A DNA stretch of 64,000 bases. It comes from an uncultured Gemmatimonadales bacterium (GTDB taxonomy: Bacteria; Gemmatimonadota; Gemmatimonadetes; Gemmatimonadales; GWC2-71-9). Numbering within the stretch: position 1 is the stretch's first letter; every line of letters starts with the position of its first letter. The stretch lies in assembly GCA_963695185.1 (NCBI GenBank), contig CAVOGH010000003.1, forward strand, positions 270,499 to 334,498. The letters are read 5' to 3'. Made by a program: the position numbers and the translations under genes. Below, piece after piece: positions 53,020 through 61,419 of the stretch. The notes under the pieces are model-generated. The model saw only the letters and a list, made by a program, of their open reading frames with translations. It was not told the origin of the DNA and searched no databases.

Positions 53020-53929
53020 ATGGCCCCGTTGCGCATCCGCGAGACCGAGATCGCCGACACCTTCGCCGAAGCCTTCGCCATGTGGGGGGCCCGGGTGGTG
53101 ATCACCGCCGAGACCGCCGAATGGGCCATGGCGGCCGCCCAGTCGATGACCGGGTTCGCCACGTCGGTCATCGGCTGCAAGTGCGAAGCGGGCATCGAGG
53201 CCAGCCTGCCACCGGACGCGACCCCGGACCACCGCCCCGGTGTGAGCGTCCTGCTTTTCTCCATGAACGCCGAAGGCGTGGGCAAGCGGCTGGTCGAGCG
53301 GGTCGGACAATGCGTGATGACCTGCCCGAGCACGGCGTGCTACAACGGCCTGGTCGGGGCCGAGCAGGTGACGGTCGGCGGCCAGCTGCGCTACTTCGGG
53401 GACAAGCACCAGATCGCCAAACGGCTCGAGGGCAGGCGGATGTGGCGCGTCCCGGTGATGGACGGCGAGTTCCTCGTGGACGATCAGTTCGGCATCCAGG
53501 CGGCGGTGGGCGGCGGCAACATCCTGATCCTGGGCCGGGATGAGCGGGCGACGCTCGCGGCCGCGGCGGCCGCCGCGGCCGCGATGCGAGGGATTCCGGG
53601 GCACGATCCTGCCGTTTCCCGGCGGAGTGGTGCGGAGCGGGAGCAAACCCAAGTCCCGCTACAAGTTCCTCTTCGCGTCCACCAACGATGCGTTCTGCCC
53701 CACCCTGCGCAGCATCTCGGCGGACACCCAGGTGGCCGACGGCGTCGGCTCCGTCCTGGAGATCGTCATCGACGGCCTCGACCTCGCCTCGGTCGAGACC
53801 GCGATGCGCCGCGGCATGCACGCCGCCGCCGAGGCGGGCGCACTTCAGATCAGCGCCGGGAACTACGGCGGCGGACTGGGCCAATACCAGATCGGCCTCC
53901 ACTCGCTTCTCGAAGGCGTGAAGGTATGA
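53020..53929 (+). CDS. ftr: Formylmethanofuran:H4MPT formyltransferase (Ftr), copy 2, one frameshift in this assembly
   Basis: ..FAEAFAMWGARVVITA..TGFATSVIGCKCEAGIE.. then ..ILPFPGGVVRSGSKPKSRYKFLFASTNDAFCPTL... The shift is an extra G in the G-run 53598-53601. Confidence 0.85.
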
Positions 53930-53960
53930 GGCGGTCCGCGGCGTGTCCGGACGCACAGCC

Positions 53961-54791
53961 ATGAGCCTCGACCTCACGCTGTACGCGGCGCCGGCGGTGC
54001 CGCTCGAGGCCGATGTGCTCAGCCCACAACGACTGGCCGGTCTGTCCGCCCTCCAGGCCGCGAAGCTGGGCGTCGCCCACGGCAATCAGCGAGCCGAGCT
54101 GGGGGAGTTCTTCCGGATCTCCGGGACGGCGGACGGCGAAGTCCACGTCACCGGCGACCTCTCCAGGGTCAAACAGGTCGGCACGGGAATGTCGGAGGGC
54201 CGGCTGGTGGTGCACGGCCCGGTCGGCATGCACCTGGGCGCCGGCATGACGGGCGGCGAGATCCGGGTGGAGGGCGACGCTGGCGACTGGGTGGGTCCCG
54301 AGATGACCGGTGGCCTCATCGTGGTCACCGGGAACGCCGGCCACCTGGTCGGAAGCTCCCTCCGCGGGGACGCGACCGGCATGCGCGGCGGCGAGATCAT
54401 GATCTTCGGCAACGCCGGGAATGAGGTGGGCAGCGGGATGCGCCGGGGGCTGATCGCCATCGGCGGCGACTCCGGGGATTTCACCGGCGTGAACATGCTC
54501 GCCGGCACGGTCGTCGTGCTGGGCCACCTGGGCTGGCGCACCGGGGCCGGGATGAAGCGGGGCACGATCGTCTCGATGCACCCGGTGGAGATGCTGCCGA
54601 CCTTCAGCTACGCCTGCACCTATCGTCCGGTCTTTCTCCGGCTGTATCTTGCGCGGCTTCGCCGACTGGGGCTGCCGATCAGCGAGCCCCAGCTGGACGG
54701 CCTCTACCGCCGCTGGTGCGGCGACGCGATCGAGCTGAACCGGGGCGAGGTGCTGCTGCTCGAAACCGGGGAGACCCCGATCCCCCGCTAG
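53961..54791 (+). CDS. fwdC: Formylmethanofuran dehydrogenase subunit C family (FwdC/FhcC), copy 1
   Basis: Repeated GxxGG turns (..GAGMTGGEIRVEGDAGDWVGPEMTGGLIVVTGNAG..GMRGGEIMIFGNAG..) of the GXGXG beta-helix typical of FwdC/FhcC. ATG 53961 was chosen over GTG 53943. Confidence 0.85.
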   Translation: MSLDLTLYAAPAVPLEADVLSPQRLAGLSALQAAKLGVAHGNQRAELGEFFRISGTADGEVHVTGDLSRVKQVGTGMSEGRLVVHGPVGMHLGAGMTGGEIRVEGDAGDWVGPEMTGGLIVVTGNAGHLVGSSLRGDATGMRGGEIMIFGNAGNEVGSGMRRGLIAIGGDSGDFTGVNMLAGTVVVLGHLGWRTGAGMKRGTIVSMHPVEMLPTFSYACTYRPVFLRLYLARLRRLGLPISEPQLDGLYRRWCGDAIELNRGEVLLLETGETPIPR

Positions 54792-54857
54792 GGAGCCCCT
54801 CGCCGCCACCGAGGCAGATGCAGTCGCCGCAGGTGATCATCCACCAGGAAATGCCGC

Positions 54858-55673
54858 ATGAGCACGCTCCGCCTCACCCTCCGCGAGCCTCCCGCCCAGC
54901 GGGTCGACATGTCACCGCTGGCCATCGACCGTATCGCGGGAAAGACCATTGCCCAGGTGAAGGCGACCGAGCTCACAAGCGGCAACCGCACGGTGCGGGC
55001 AGACAGCCTCTTCGAAATCACCGGCGACTACACCGCGGAGCTGGAGATCCGCGGCGGGTCCGACCGGCTGGACCGTATCGGAGAAGGCATGACCCGCGGA
55101 CGGGTGGTCGTCCGGGGTGACGTGGGGGCGTATCTCGGAGCCGGCATGACGGGCGGTCATGTCGAGGTCCACGGCGCCGCCGGTGCCTACGCCGCGACCG
55201 GGATGCAGGGCGGCATGATTCACATCACTGGGCGTGCCGGCGACTTCCTGGCCGGGGCGATCCCGGGCGACCACCAGGGAATGCGGGGCGGTACCGTCGT
55301 CGTCGCCGGAGATGCCGGCGACCGCACCGGCGACCGCATGCGACGGGGGATGCTCCTCATCGAGGGAGGCGTCGGTGACTACTGCGCCTCCCGCATGGTG
55401 GCCGGCACCATCGCGGTGCTGGGGAAGGCGGGCGCGTTTCCCGGGTTCGCCATGCGCCGCGGCACCCTCCTGCTGCGGCACGCCCCTGACCCGGCGCTCC
55501 CGACCTTCAGTGACTGCGGTGAGTACGCCCTCGGCTTTCTCACGCTCCTGGCGCGTTCCTGGCGCACCCTTCCCGGCAAATTCGCGGGCTTCCCGGACAC
55601 GGGCCTGCGGGTCCGGCGCCTGATGGGCGACCGGGCCAACGGGGGCATGGGGGAAATCCTGATCCTGGTCTGA
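54858..55673 (+). CDS. fhcC: Formylmethanofuran dehydrogenase subunit C family (FwdC/FhcC), copy 2
   Basis: Same GXGXG beta-helix repeats (..GAGMTGGHVEVHGAAG..GMQGGMIHITGRAG..GMRGGTVVVAGDAG..). Paralogue of the preceding gene. Confidence 0.85.
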   Translation: MSTLRLTLREPPAQRVDMSPLAIDRIAGKTIAQVKATELTSGNRTVRADSLFEITGDYTAELEIRGGSDRLDRIGEGMTRGRVVVRGDVGAYLGAGMTGGHVEVHGAAGAYAATGMQGGMIHITGRAGDFLAGAIPGDHQGMRGGTVVVAGDAGDRTGDRMRRGMLLIEGGVGDYCASRMVAGTIAVLGKAGAFPGFAMRRGTLLLRHAPDPALPTFSDCGEYALGFLTLLARSWRTLPGKFAGFPDTGLRVRRLMGDRANGGMGEILILV

Positions 55674-55776
55674 GCCACAGCGGGTCCGCCGCCCGGAAGC
55701 TGTTCGCGCAAGTGCCGCCACCGCCTTATCTTCACGCCCCTCAGGCAGATCCCGCCCCTACCAGACGGACGATCGA

Positions 55777-56736
55777 ATGACCAGCCTCAACATGAACGAG
55801 CGTGCCCGCGACCTCGCAGACGTGATGACCGAGGATCCGGCAGGACTCCGCATCGCTGAGCAGCTGCTCCCCGGCGGGGCGCGGGTCATTGACGCCGGTG
55901 TCAACATGGATGGCGGCTACAACGCCGGCCTGCTCCTGAGCGAGATCTGCATGGGCGGGCTGGGCGATGTCGAGTACTGCCCGGTGTCCCTCGGCGGAAC
56001 CAACTGGCCGGCGGTGCAGGTCCGCACGGACTTCCCCGCGCAGGCCTGCATGGCGTCGCAGTATGCCGGCTGGGCCATCCAGGTGGACAAGTTCTTCGCC
56101 ATGGGATCGGGGCCGCTCCGGGCCCATGCCCGGGTGGAGAAGGAGCTGTTCGAGAAGCTGGGCTACGCCGAGGAGGCAACGGTCGGTGTCCTGGTGCTGG
56201 AGGGCCGGGAGCTGCCCACGGACGCGGTGGCGGAGTGGGTGGCCAGGAAGGCGGGGCTCTCCCCCGGACAGCTGATCTTCATCGTGGCGCCGACGGCCAG
56301 CCTGGCCGGCGGGGTACAGATCTCGGCGCGGATCCTCGAGACGGGCCTCCACAAGATGGAGACGCTCGGGTTCGAGGTCAGCAAGGTGATGAGCGGGATC
56401 GGTACGGCGCCGGTGGCTCCCCTGGCCAAGAACGACCTGCGGGGCATCGGCCGGACCAACGACTGCATTCTGTACGGCGGCCAGGCGCACTACACCCTCA
56501 AGGCGAGCGACACCGAACTGGCGGACCTGGCGGCCCGGCTGCCGGCCAGCGCCTCCAAGGACTACGGCACGCCGTTCTACGACATCTTCGAGCGTTACGA
56601 CCGGGACTTCTACAAGATCGACCCGCTGCTCTTTTCTCCGGCCGAGGTGTGGCTGACCAGCGTGAGCTCCGGCAAGACATACCATGCGGGCCGCACCGAT
56701 CCGGACGTGCTGCGGCAATCGCTGTACCCGGAATGA
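55777..56736 (+). CDS. mch: Methenyl-tetrahydromethanopterin cyclohydrolase
   Basis: ..MASQYAGW..FAMGSGP.R.., ..APTASLAGGVQISARILETGLHKM.. and ..GRTNDCILYGG.. are Mch family blocks. The frame is intact. Confidence 0.9.
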   Translation: MTSLNMNERARDLADVMTEDPAGLRIAEQLLPGGARVIDAGVNMDGGYNAGLLLSEICMGGLGDVEYCPVSLGGTNWPAVQVRTDFPAQACMASQYAGWAIQVDKFFAMGSGPLRAHARVEKELFEKLGYAEEATVGVLVLEGRELPTDAVAEWVARKAGLSPGQLIFIVAPTASLAGGVQISARILETGLHKMETLGFEVSKVMSGIGTAPVAPLAKNDLRGIGRTNDCILYGGQAHYTLKASDTELADLAARLPASASKDYGTPFYDIFERYDRDFYKIDPLLFSPAEVWLTSVSSGKTYHAGRTDPDVLRQSLYPE

Positions 56737-56831
56737 CCGGCCGCCGGTCACTGCATGAGTCAGGCAGCACCGGGCACCGCGCCGCCCGACATCAATTCCT
56801 GCTCGCCCTTTCCCCGTCACCTGGAGTCAGT

Positions 56832-57599
56832 ATGCGTCGCCTTACCGTTGTACCGCTGCTTGTTCTCGCCGCTGCCTGCTCGAAGCCCGATTCCAAGCCC
56901 GCCCAGGATACCACCGCCCAGGCGCCGGCCGGGCCGATGGCGTTCGTCACGGTCATCTACAACCAGCCCAAGGATGCCGCGGCCTTCGAGCGGTACTACT
57001 GGGATACCCATCTCCCGCTTCTCGACACGAAGCACCAGGAGATCGGGTTCGTCCATGGCGAACTGACCAAGTTCGACGCGACGCTCGACGGCAAGAAGCC
57101 GACGCACTACCGGCAGGCGGTGCTCTGGTTCAACAACATGGCGGACCTCCAGAAGGGCATCGCCACCGCCGGATTCAAGACCATCGGGGACGACTTGGCC
57201 AACTTCGCCTCCGGTGGGATCACGGCGCTGATCGGCGAGCAGACCGGCGAGGCCTCCCCATTTGTCACCGATAGCAGCGTCCACTTCGTGACGGTGCTCT
57301 ACAATCAGCCCAAGGATCCCGCGGCGTTCGAGGCGTACTACGCGGCCACCCACCTCCCGCTCCTGGGCCGAGGCGCCGCGGAGATCGCCTTTACCCGGGG
57401 GGAGCTGACGAAGTTCTCCTCCAACCTCGACGGTTCACCGGCCGCTTTCTACCGGCAGGCGAAGCTCTACTTCCCCAGCCAGGCCGCGCTCAAGACCGGC
57501 ACGGCGACCGCGGGCTTCACGGCGGTCGGAGGCGACCTGGGGAACTTCGCCGACGGTGGGCTGGTCGCCCTGGTGGGACACATGACGGTGAGCAAGTAG
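56832..57599 (+). CDS. Lipoprotein with two tandem EthD-like domains
   Basis: ATG 56832 gives MRRLTVVPLLVLAAC (lipobox). Two ~100-aa repeats each start (F)VTV(I/L)YNQPKD(A/P)AAFE.YY...HLPLL and end ..GG(I/L).AL(I/V)G. The track start at 56235 overlaps mch and was rejected. Confidence 0.6.
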   Translation: MRRLTVVPLLVLAAACSKPDSKPAQDTTAQAPAGPMAFVTVIYNQPKDAAAFERYYWDTHLPLLDTKHQEIGFVHGELTKFDATLDGKKPTHYRQAVLWFNNMADLQKGIATAGFKTIGDDLANFASGGITALIGEQTGEASPFVTDSSVHFVTVLYNQPKDPAAFEAYYAATHLPLLGRGAAEIAFTRGELTKFSSNLDGSPAAFYRQAKLYFPSQAALKTGTATAGFTAVGGDLGNFADGGLVALVGHMTVSK

Positions 57600-57611
57600 G
57601 CTACCCGTCGT

Positions 57612-57690
57612 CCGCTATCCGTGGCTGGTCCGTCGCACACGATGGATGTTCCACGGATAGCGGATCAGCGGACGCGGCGTAGCGGATAGC
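57612..57690. promoter_or_regulatory. GCGGATAGC motif cluster (13-bp inverted repeat plus a third copy) upstream of mptN
   Basis: CCGCTATCCGTGG at 57612-57624 and CCACGGATAGCGG at 57651-57663 form a perfect inverted repeat. GCGGATAGC occurs again at 57682-57690, 8 nt before the mptN ATG. Confidence 0.35.
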
Positions 57691-57697
57691 CACCCTC

Positions 57698-58561
57698 ATG
57701 CACCTCATCATTCTCACCTCCGCCACCGGCTGGCACACCGACGAGCTGCTCCGGGCCGCCCGCGAGGCTGGGGTGGAGCCGGCGTTGCTGCCGTGGGAGG
57801 CGAACGTCGGACGGATGGGGGAAGCGCCGGGGGTTTCCAACTCGGGGAAGATGCTGGGCCGCACCGTGGCTGTCCTGCCCAGGATCATCCCGAATGGTTC
57901 GCTGGAGCAGATCATCTACCGGGTCAATACCCTGCACCGGCTGGAGGAGTCCGGCGTCCGGGTGATGAACAGCGCCCGCGCCATCGAGCGCACCGTGGAC
58001 AAGGCGTGGACCTCCGCCATTCTCGACCAGGCCGGCCTGCCCACCCCCGATACCGTGGCCTGCGAGCGGGCGGAGGACGCCTTCGAGGCCTTCCGTCGCC
58101 TGGGTGACGTGGTGGTCAAGCCACTGTTCGGCTCCATGGGGCTGGGGATGTCGCGGGTGTCGGACGAGGACATGGCCTGGCGGGTCTTCCGGACCATCGA
58201 GACGATCAGCGGGGTCTACTACCTGCAGCGCTTCATCCCGCACGGTGGACGGGATCTCCGCGCCTTCGTGGTCGGCGGGCGGGTGCTCGGCGCCATCGCC
58301 CGGAGCGCCCCGGGCTGGCGCACCAACTTCTCCCGCGGCGGCGCGGTGGAGGTGGTGCAGCTGACGGAGAAGCAGGAGGAGTTCGCGCTGCGGGCCGCGG
58401 CCGCCGTCGAGGCCGAGTACGCCGGAGTGGATCTCCTTCCCGCCGAGGATGGCACCACGTACGTGCTGGAGGTGAACGGCATCCCCGGCTGGGAGGGATT
58501 GCAGCAGGCCACGGGCATCGACGTGGCCGGGGCGGTCATCCGCCAGCTGATGGGCCGCTGA
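57698..58561 (+). CDS. mptN: RimK-type ATP-grasp ligase (tetrahydromethanopterin:alpha-L-glutamate ligase-like)
   Basis: RimK-family motifs ..VVVKPLFGSMGLGM.., ..YYLQRFIPHGGRDLRAFVVGGRV.. and ..GVDLLP..DG..YVLEVNGIPGW... Located in an H4MPT cluster. Confidence 0.75.
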   Translation: MHLIILTSATGWHTDELLRAAREAGVEPALLPWEANVGRMGEAPGVSNSGKMLGRTVAVLPRIIPNGSLEQIIYRVNTLHRLEESGVRVMNSARAIERTVDKAWTSAILDQAGLPTPDTVACERAEDAFEAFRRLGDVVVKPLFGSMGLGMSRVSDEDMAWRVFRTIETISGVYYLQRFIPHGGRDLRAFVVGGRVLGAIARSAPGWRTNFSRGGAVEVVQLTEKQEEFALRAAAAVEAEYAGVDLLPAEDGTTYVLEVNGIPGWEGLQQATGIDVAGAVIRQLMGR

Positions 58562-58570
58562 GCCGCAACC

Positions 58571-59469
58571 ATGACCCCGGCTGAGATTTCAAAGACGATC
58601 ACCGCCGCCTGCGTGCTCGAGGCGACGCGCACCCAAACCCGGCAACGTCTCTCCGGGCCGTCCATTCGGGGACATGACGTTCGAGGACTTCGTGGCCAGC
58701 GCCGTCGCCATCGGACCACCACTCGGCGAAGCCGGCCAGCGCGCGCTGGGCGAGACGCATCCTGGCCGCTGTCCAGGCCACCCGGACCGTCACGAGCTGC
58801 AACACGAACCTCGGCATCATCCTGCTCCTGGCGCCGCTGGCGAGGGCGGCCCGGCACCTGGGCGATGCAGCGACCCGGCCCAGTGCCGATCAGTTGCGGG
58901 AGATGCTGGCGTCGGTGCTGGCCGAGACCACGGTCGAGGACGCGCGGCTCACCTACCGGGCAATCCGGGAAGCCGACCCGAGCGGGATGGGAGTGGCCAA
59001 GGAACAGGATGTGGGTGGCGAGCCGACGGTTACGCTTCGACAGGCGATGGCGCTGGCCGCGGAGCGGGACCTGGTGGCCCGGGAGTACGTGACCGGGTAT
59101 GCACTGACCTTCGAGACCGGAGTGCCGGCGCTCCGGCGTGCCCGGGCGGCGGGGAAGGACTGGGAGGAGGCGGTGGTCGAGGCGTTCCTGACCCTGCTGG
59201 CGCGGGAACCCGACACCCTGATCTCCCGCAAGCTGGGATCCGCCGCCGCGCTGGAGGTCACCGCCGAGGCGCGGGCGATCGTGGCGCTGGGGGACCTCAC
59301 CGCGGCGCCCGCCCGCGACCGCCTGGCCGCGTTTGACGCGAGGCTGCGCGAGAGCGAGAATTCACGCAATCCCGGCACCACCGCCGACCTGACCGCTGCC
59401 GCCATTTTCGTTGAGCTGGTAGAGGCCGGCGGGACCGCCGATTACCCAAGGAACCCTCGTGCGCAGTGA
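58571..59469 (+). CDS. Triphosphoribosyl-dephospho-CoA synthase (CitG/MdcB)-family protein of H4MPT/MFR clusters, two frameshifts in this assembly
   Basis: Three successive frames: ..ACVLEAT | (A)PKPGNVSPGRPFGDMTFEDFVASAVAIGP | ..ILAAVQATRTVTSCNTNLGIILLLAPL..NPGTTADLTAAAIF... The shifts lie near 58625-58640 and 58755-58770. Confidence 0.7.
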
Positions 59470-59959
59470 TTTCAAGGTGTCGGTCAGCAAGGACTACCTG
59501 GTCTTCAGCTCGGCTCATTTCATCACCTTCCGGGGCCACCAGTGCGAGACCCTGCACGGCCACAACTACCGGGTCGGCGTGACGGTGGAAGGGAGCGTGG
59601 ATGATGAGACGATGTTCGTGGTGGACTTTTCCATCCTGAAGAAGTGCGTCCGCAAGCTGGTGGACGAGATCGACCACAAGGTGCTGCTGCCGCTCAAGAA
59701 CCCCAAGCTCGCCTTCCGGGATGCCGGCGCCCACCGCCACGTGGACTATTTCGGCGCGCACACCTACACCTTTCCGGTGGTGGACTGCGCCATGATGCCG
59801 ATCGAGAACACCACGGCAGAGATGCTCGCACAATACTTCGCCTGCCGCACCCGCGATGACCTCCTCGGCATGGGAATCGGGAATCTCACCGCCCTCGAGA
59901 TCGAGATGGAGGAGAGCTTCGGCCAGGCCGCGACGTACCGGATGGGAATGGGGGACTAG
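59459..59959 (+). CDS. 6-pyruvoyl-tetrahydropterin synthase (PTPS/QueD)-family protein
   Basis: ..FSSAHFI....CE.LHGHNYRV.V.V.G.. His triad and ..DHKVLLP... GTG start 59459 overlaps the preceding gene. Confidence 0.8.
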   Translation: MRSDFKVSVSKDYLVFSSAHFITFRGHQCETLHGHNYRVGVTVEGSVDDETMFVVDFSILKKCVRKLVDEIDHKVLLPLKNPKLAFRDAGAHRHVDYFGAHTYTFPVVDCAMMPIENTTAEMLAQYFACRTRDDLLGMGIGNLTALEIEMEESFGQAATYRMGMGD

Positions 59960-60001
59960 GAGCTGGAAGGTGGGAGCCTGAAGGGCCGGCTTTCAGCTCC
60001 T
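59958..60001. terminator. Hairpin between convergent genes
   Basis: AGGAGCTGGAAG-20 nt-CTTTCAGCTCCT (12-bp stem with one G-U). It spans the two facing stop codons. Confidence 0.35.
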
Positions 60002-60735
60002 ACCGCATCACCGCGCCGGAATGGAGCGCCGTGCCCACCAGGGCGCCATCGCAGCCCGCCTCAGCGAGCACATCGAGATCTGCCTGCGAGCGCACACCGC
60101 CGCCGGAGTAGACCGTCACTCCGATGAGCCGCTTGACGCCGGCAACCAGACCGAGGCTTCGGGGACCGGCCTCACTTCCCACGGCTGCCAGATCCAGCAC
60201 CACGATGCCAGCAATGCCGGTCTCCGCCGCACGAGCACCAAGCTCGAGCCCGACCGCCTCCTGCGTGGCCATGCGCCCGGTCCGACGGCGGATGGGCAGG
60301 CCATTCATCAGGTCCAGGCTGAAGAGCACCCGCTCGCCGCCGACCGCCGTGACGATGCGTTTGAGATCGGAAAAGGTTCCCAGGGTCTCCAGTCCCACGA
60401 CCACCATGGTGGCTCCAGGCTCGAGCAGCGTCGCGCGCCGCGGTGACCGTCGCCACGCCGCCGTCCACCAGGAGCCCCGGACCAAAGCCCGCGTCGGGAT
60501 CGGCCAGGCGACTGATCAGCTGGAGCTGCGGGGCCCAGCCCTCGATGGCATCGAGGTCCGCGACGTAGCAGCGCCCGGCGGCGAGCTGGTGTGGTAGGCG
60601 CGGGCCAGCGCCACCGCGTCGCCCGCCTGGCCCGGCAGGAGCACCGACTCGACCGGCCGATAGGCGCTCCGGACGCCGCGCACGGGCATGGACGGCTTGC
60701 CCGCGGAGCAGGTCGAGAACGGGGATGACTCGCAT
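60000..60735 (-). pseudogene. HisA/HisF-like TIM-barrel protein of H4MPT clusters, at least 3 frameshifts as assembled
   Basis: MRVIPVLDLLRGQAVHA | ..RSAYRPVESVLLPGQAGDAVALARAY.. | ..CYVADLDAIEGWAPQLQLISRLA..GLLVDGGV.. | ..TMVVVGLETLGTFSDLKRIV..VYSGGGVRSQADLDVLAEAGCDGALVGTALHSG lie in different frames. Confidence 0.65.
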
Positions 60736-60839
60736 GGCGGTGGGAAGAATCACGGTCCCGGCGACGGCGGGCGAGCGCCTGCGAGGACTGTCCCCGCGCA
60801 GGACGCGGATGCGGCACACCACCCGGAAGGCAGGACAGC

Positions 60840-61401
60840 CGGCTCGGCGGATCACCGCTGGTCGTCAAGGTCGGAGGGGGACTGCTCGTACCGACCGGAC
60901 GCTGCTCGACGCGGTGGGGCGGGCGCTGGCCCGGCTGGCGGGCGGAGCGGCCGGTGGTGATCATCCCGGGTGGCGGGCCGTTCGCCGACCGGTGCGCGTT
61001 ACGACCAGCGCCATGGCCTCCGCCCACCGCGGCACACTGGATGGCGATCCTGGCGATGGATCAGTACGCCTGGGTGATCGCCGACGGAGATCACCCGACA
61101 GCCGGATCGTGGAGGACCGGGCGGGTATCCTGCAGGCGCACCGGGCGGGGCCAGGTTCCCGGTGCTCGCGCCGTCCCGCTGGCTCCGGGCCACCGACGAA
61201 CTGCCGCACCGGTGGGAGGTGACCAGCGACAGCCTGGCCGCCTATCTGGCCACGCTGCTCGGCGCGGGAGCGCTGCTCCTGGTCAAGCCGGTGAGCGGCG
61301 GGACGGAGCTGGTGGACGACTGGTTCCTGCGGGTGGCACCGACGGACCTGCGAGTGCGGATCGTGGGCGCGGGGGAATTTGCGAGCGAGAGGCTGGAATA
61401 G
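60840..61401 (+). pseudogene. Amino-acid-kinase-family (uridylate/aspartokinase-fold) protein of H4MPT clusters, heavily frameshifted as assembled
   Basis: Recognisable pieces LVVKVGGGLL, TLLDAVGRALARLAG, RPVVIIPGGGPFAD, TAAHWMAILAMDQYAWVIAD, SRIVEDRAGILQAHRAG and LAPSRWLRATDELPHRWEVTSDSLAAYLA..LLLVKPV are spread over all three frames. The 5' end is approximate. Confidence 0.5.
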
Positions 61402-61419
61402 GCGAGGCGTTGACAGGCG

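Noticed and set aside
48640-53605. Programmed ribosomal frameshifting as an explanation for the split fhcD/fwdA/ftr genes
   Set aside because: There are no shared slippery heptamers or downstream pseudoknots. The shifts occur in many unrelated genes, and two of the four I could resolve to a base lie in short G/A runs. They become very dense toward the window end, which fits sequence error (or decay) better.
46110-53652. Three very long minus-strand ORFs (46110-48401, 49481-51637, 51988-53652) opposite fhcA/fhcD/fwdB/fwdA
   Set aside because: Same reasoning. They mirror plus-strand genes with strong family motifs and have degenerate R/G/P/H/D-rich composition with no recognisable domains.
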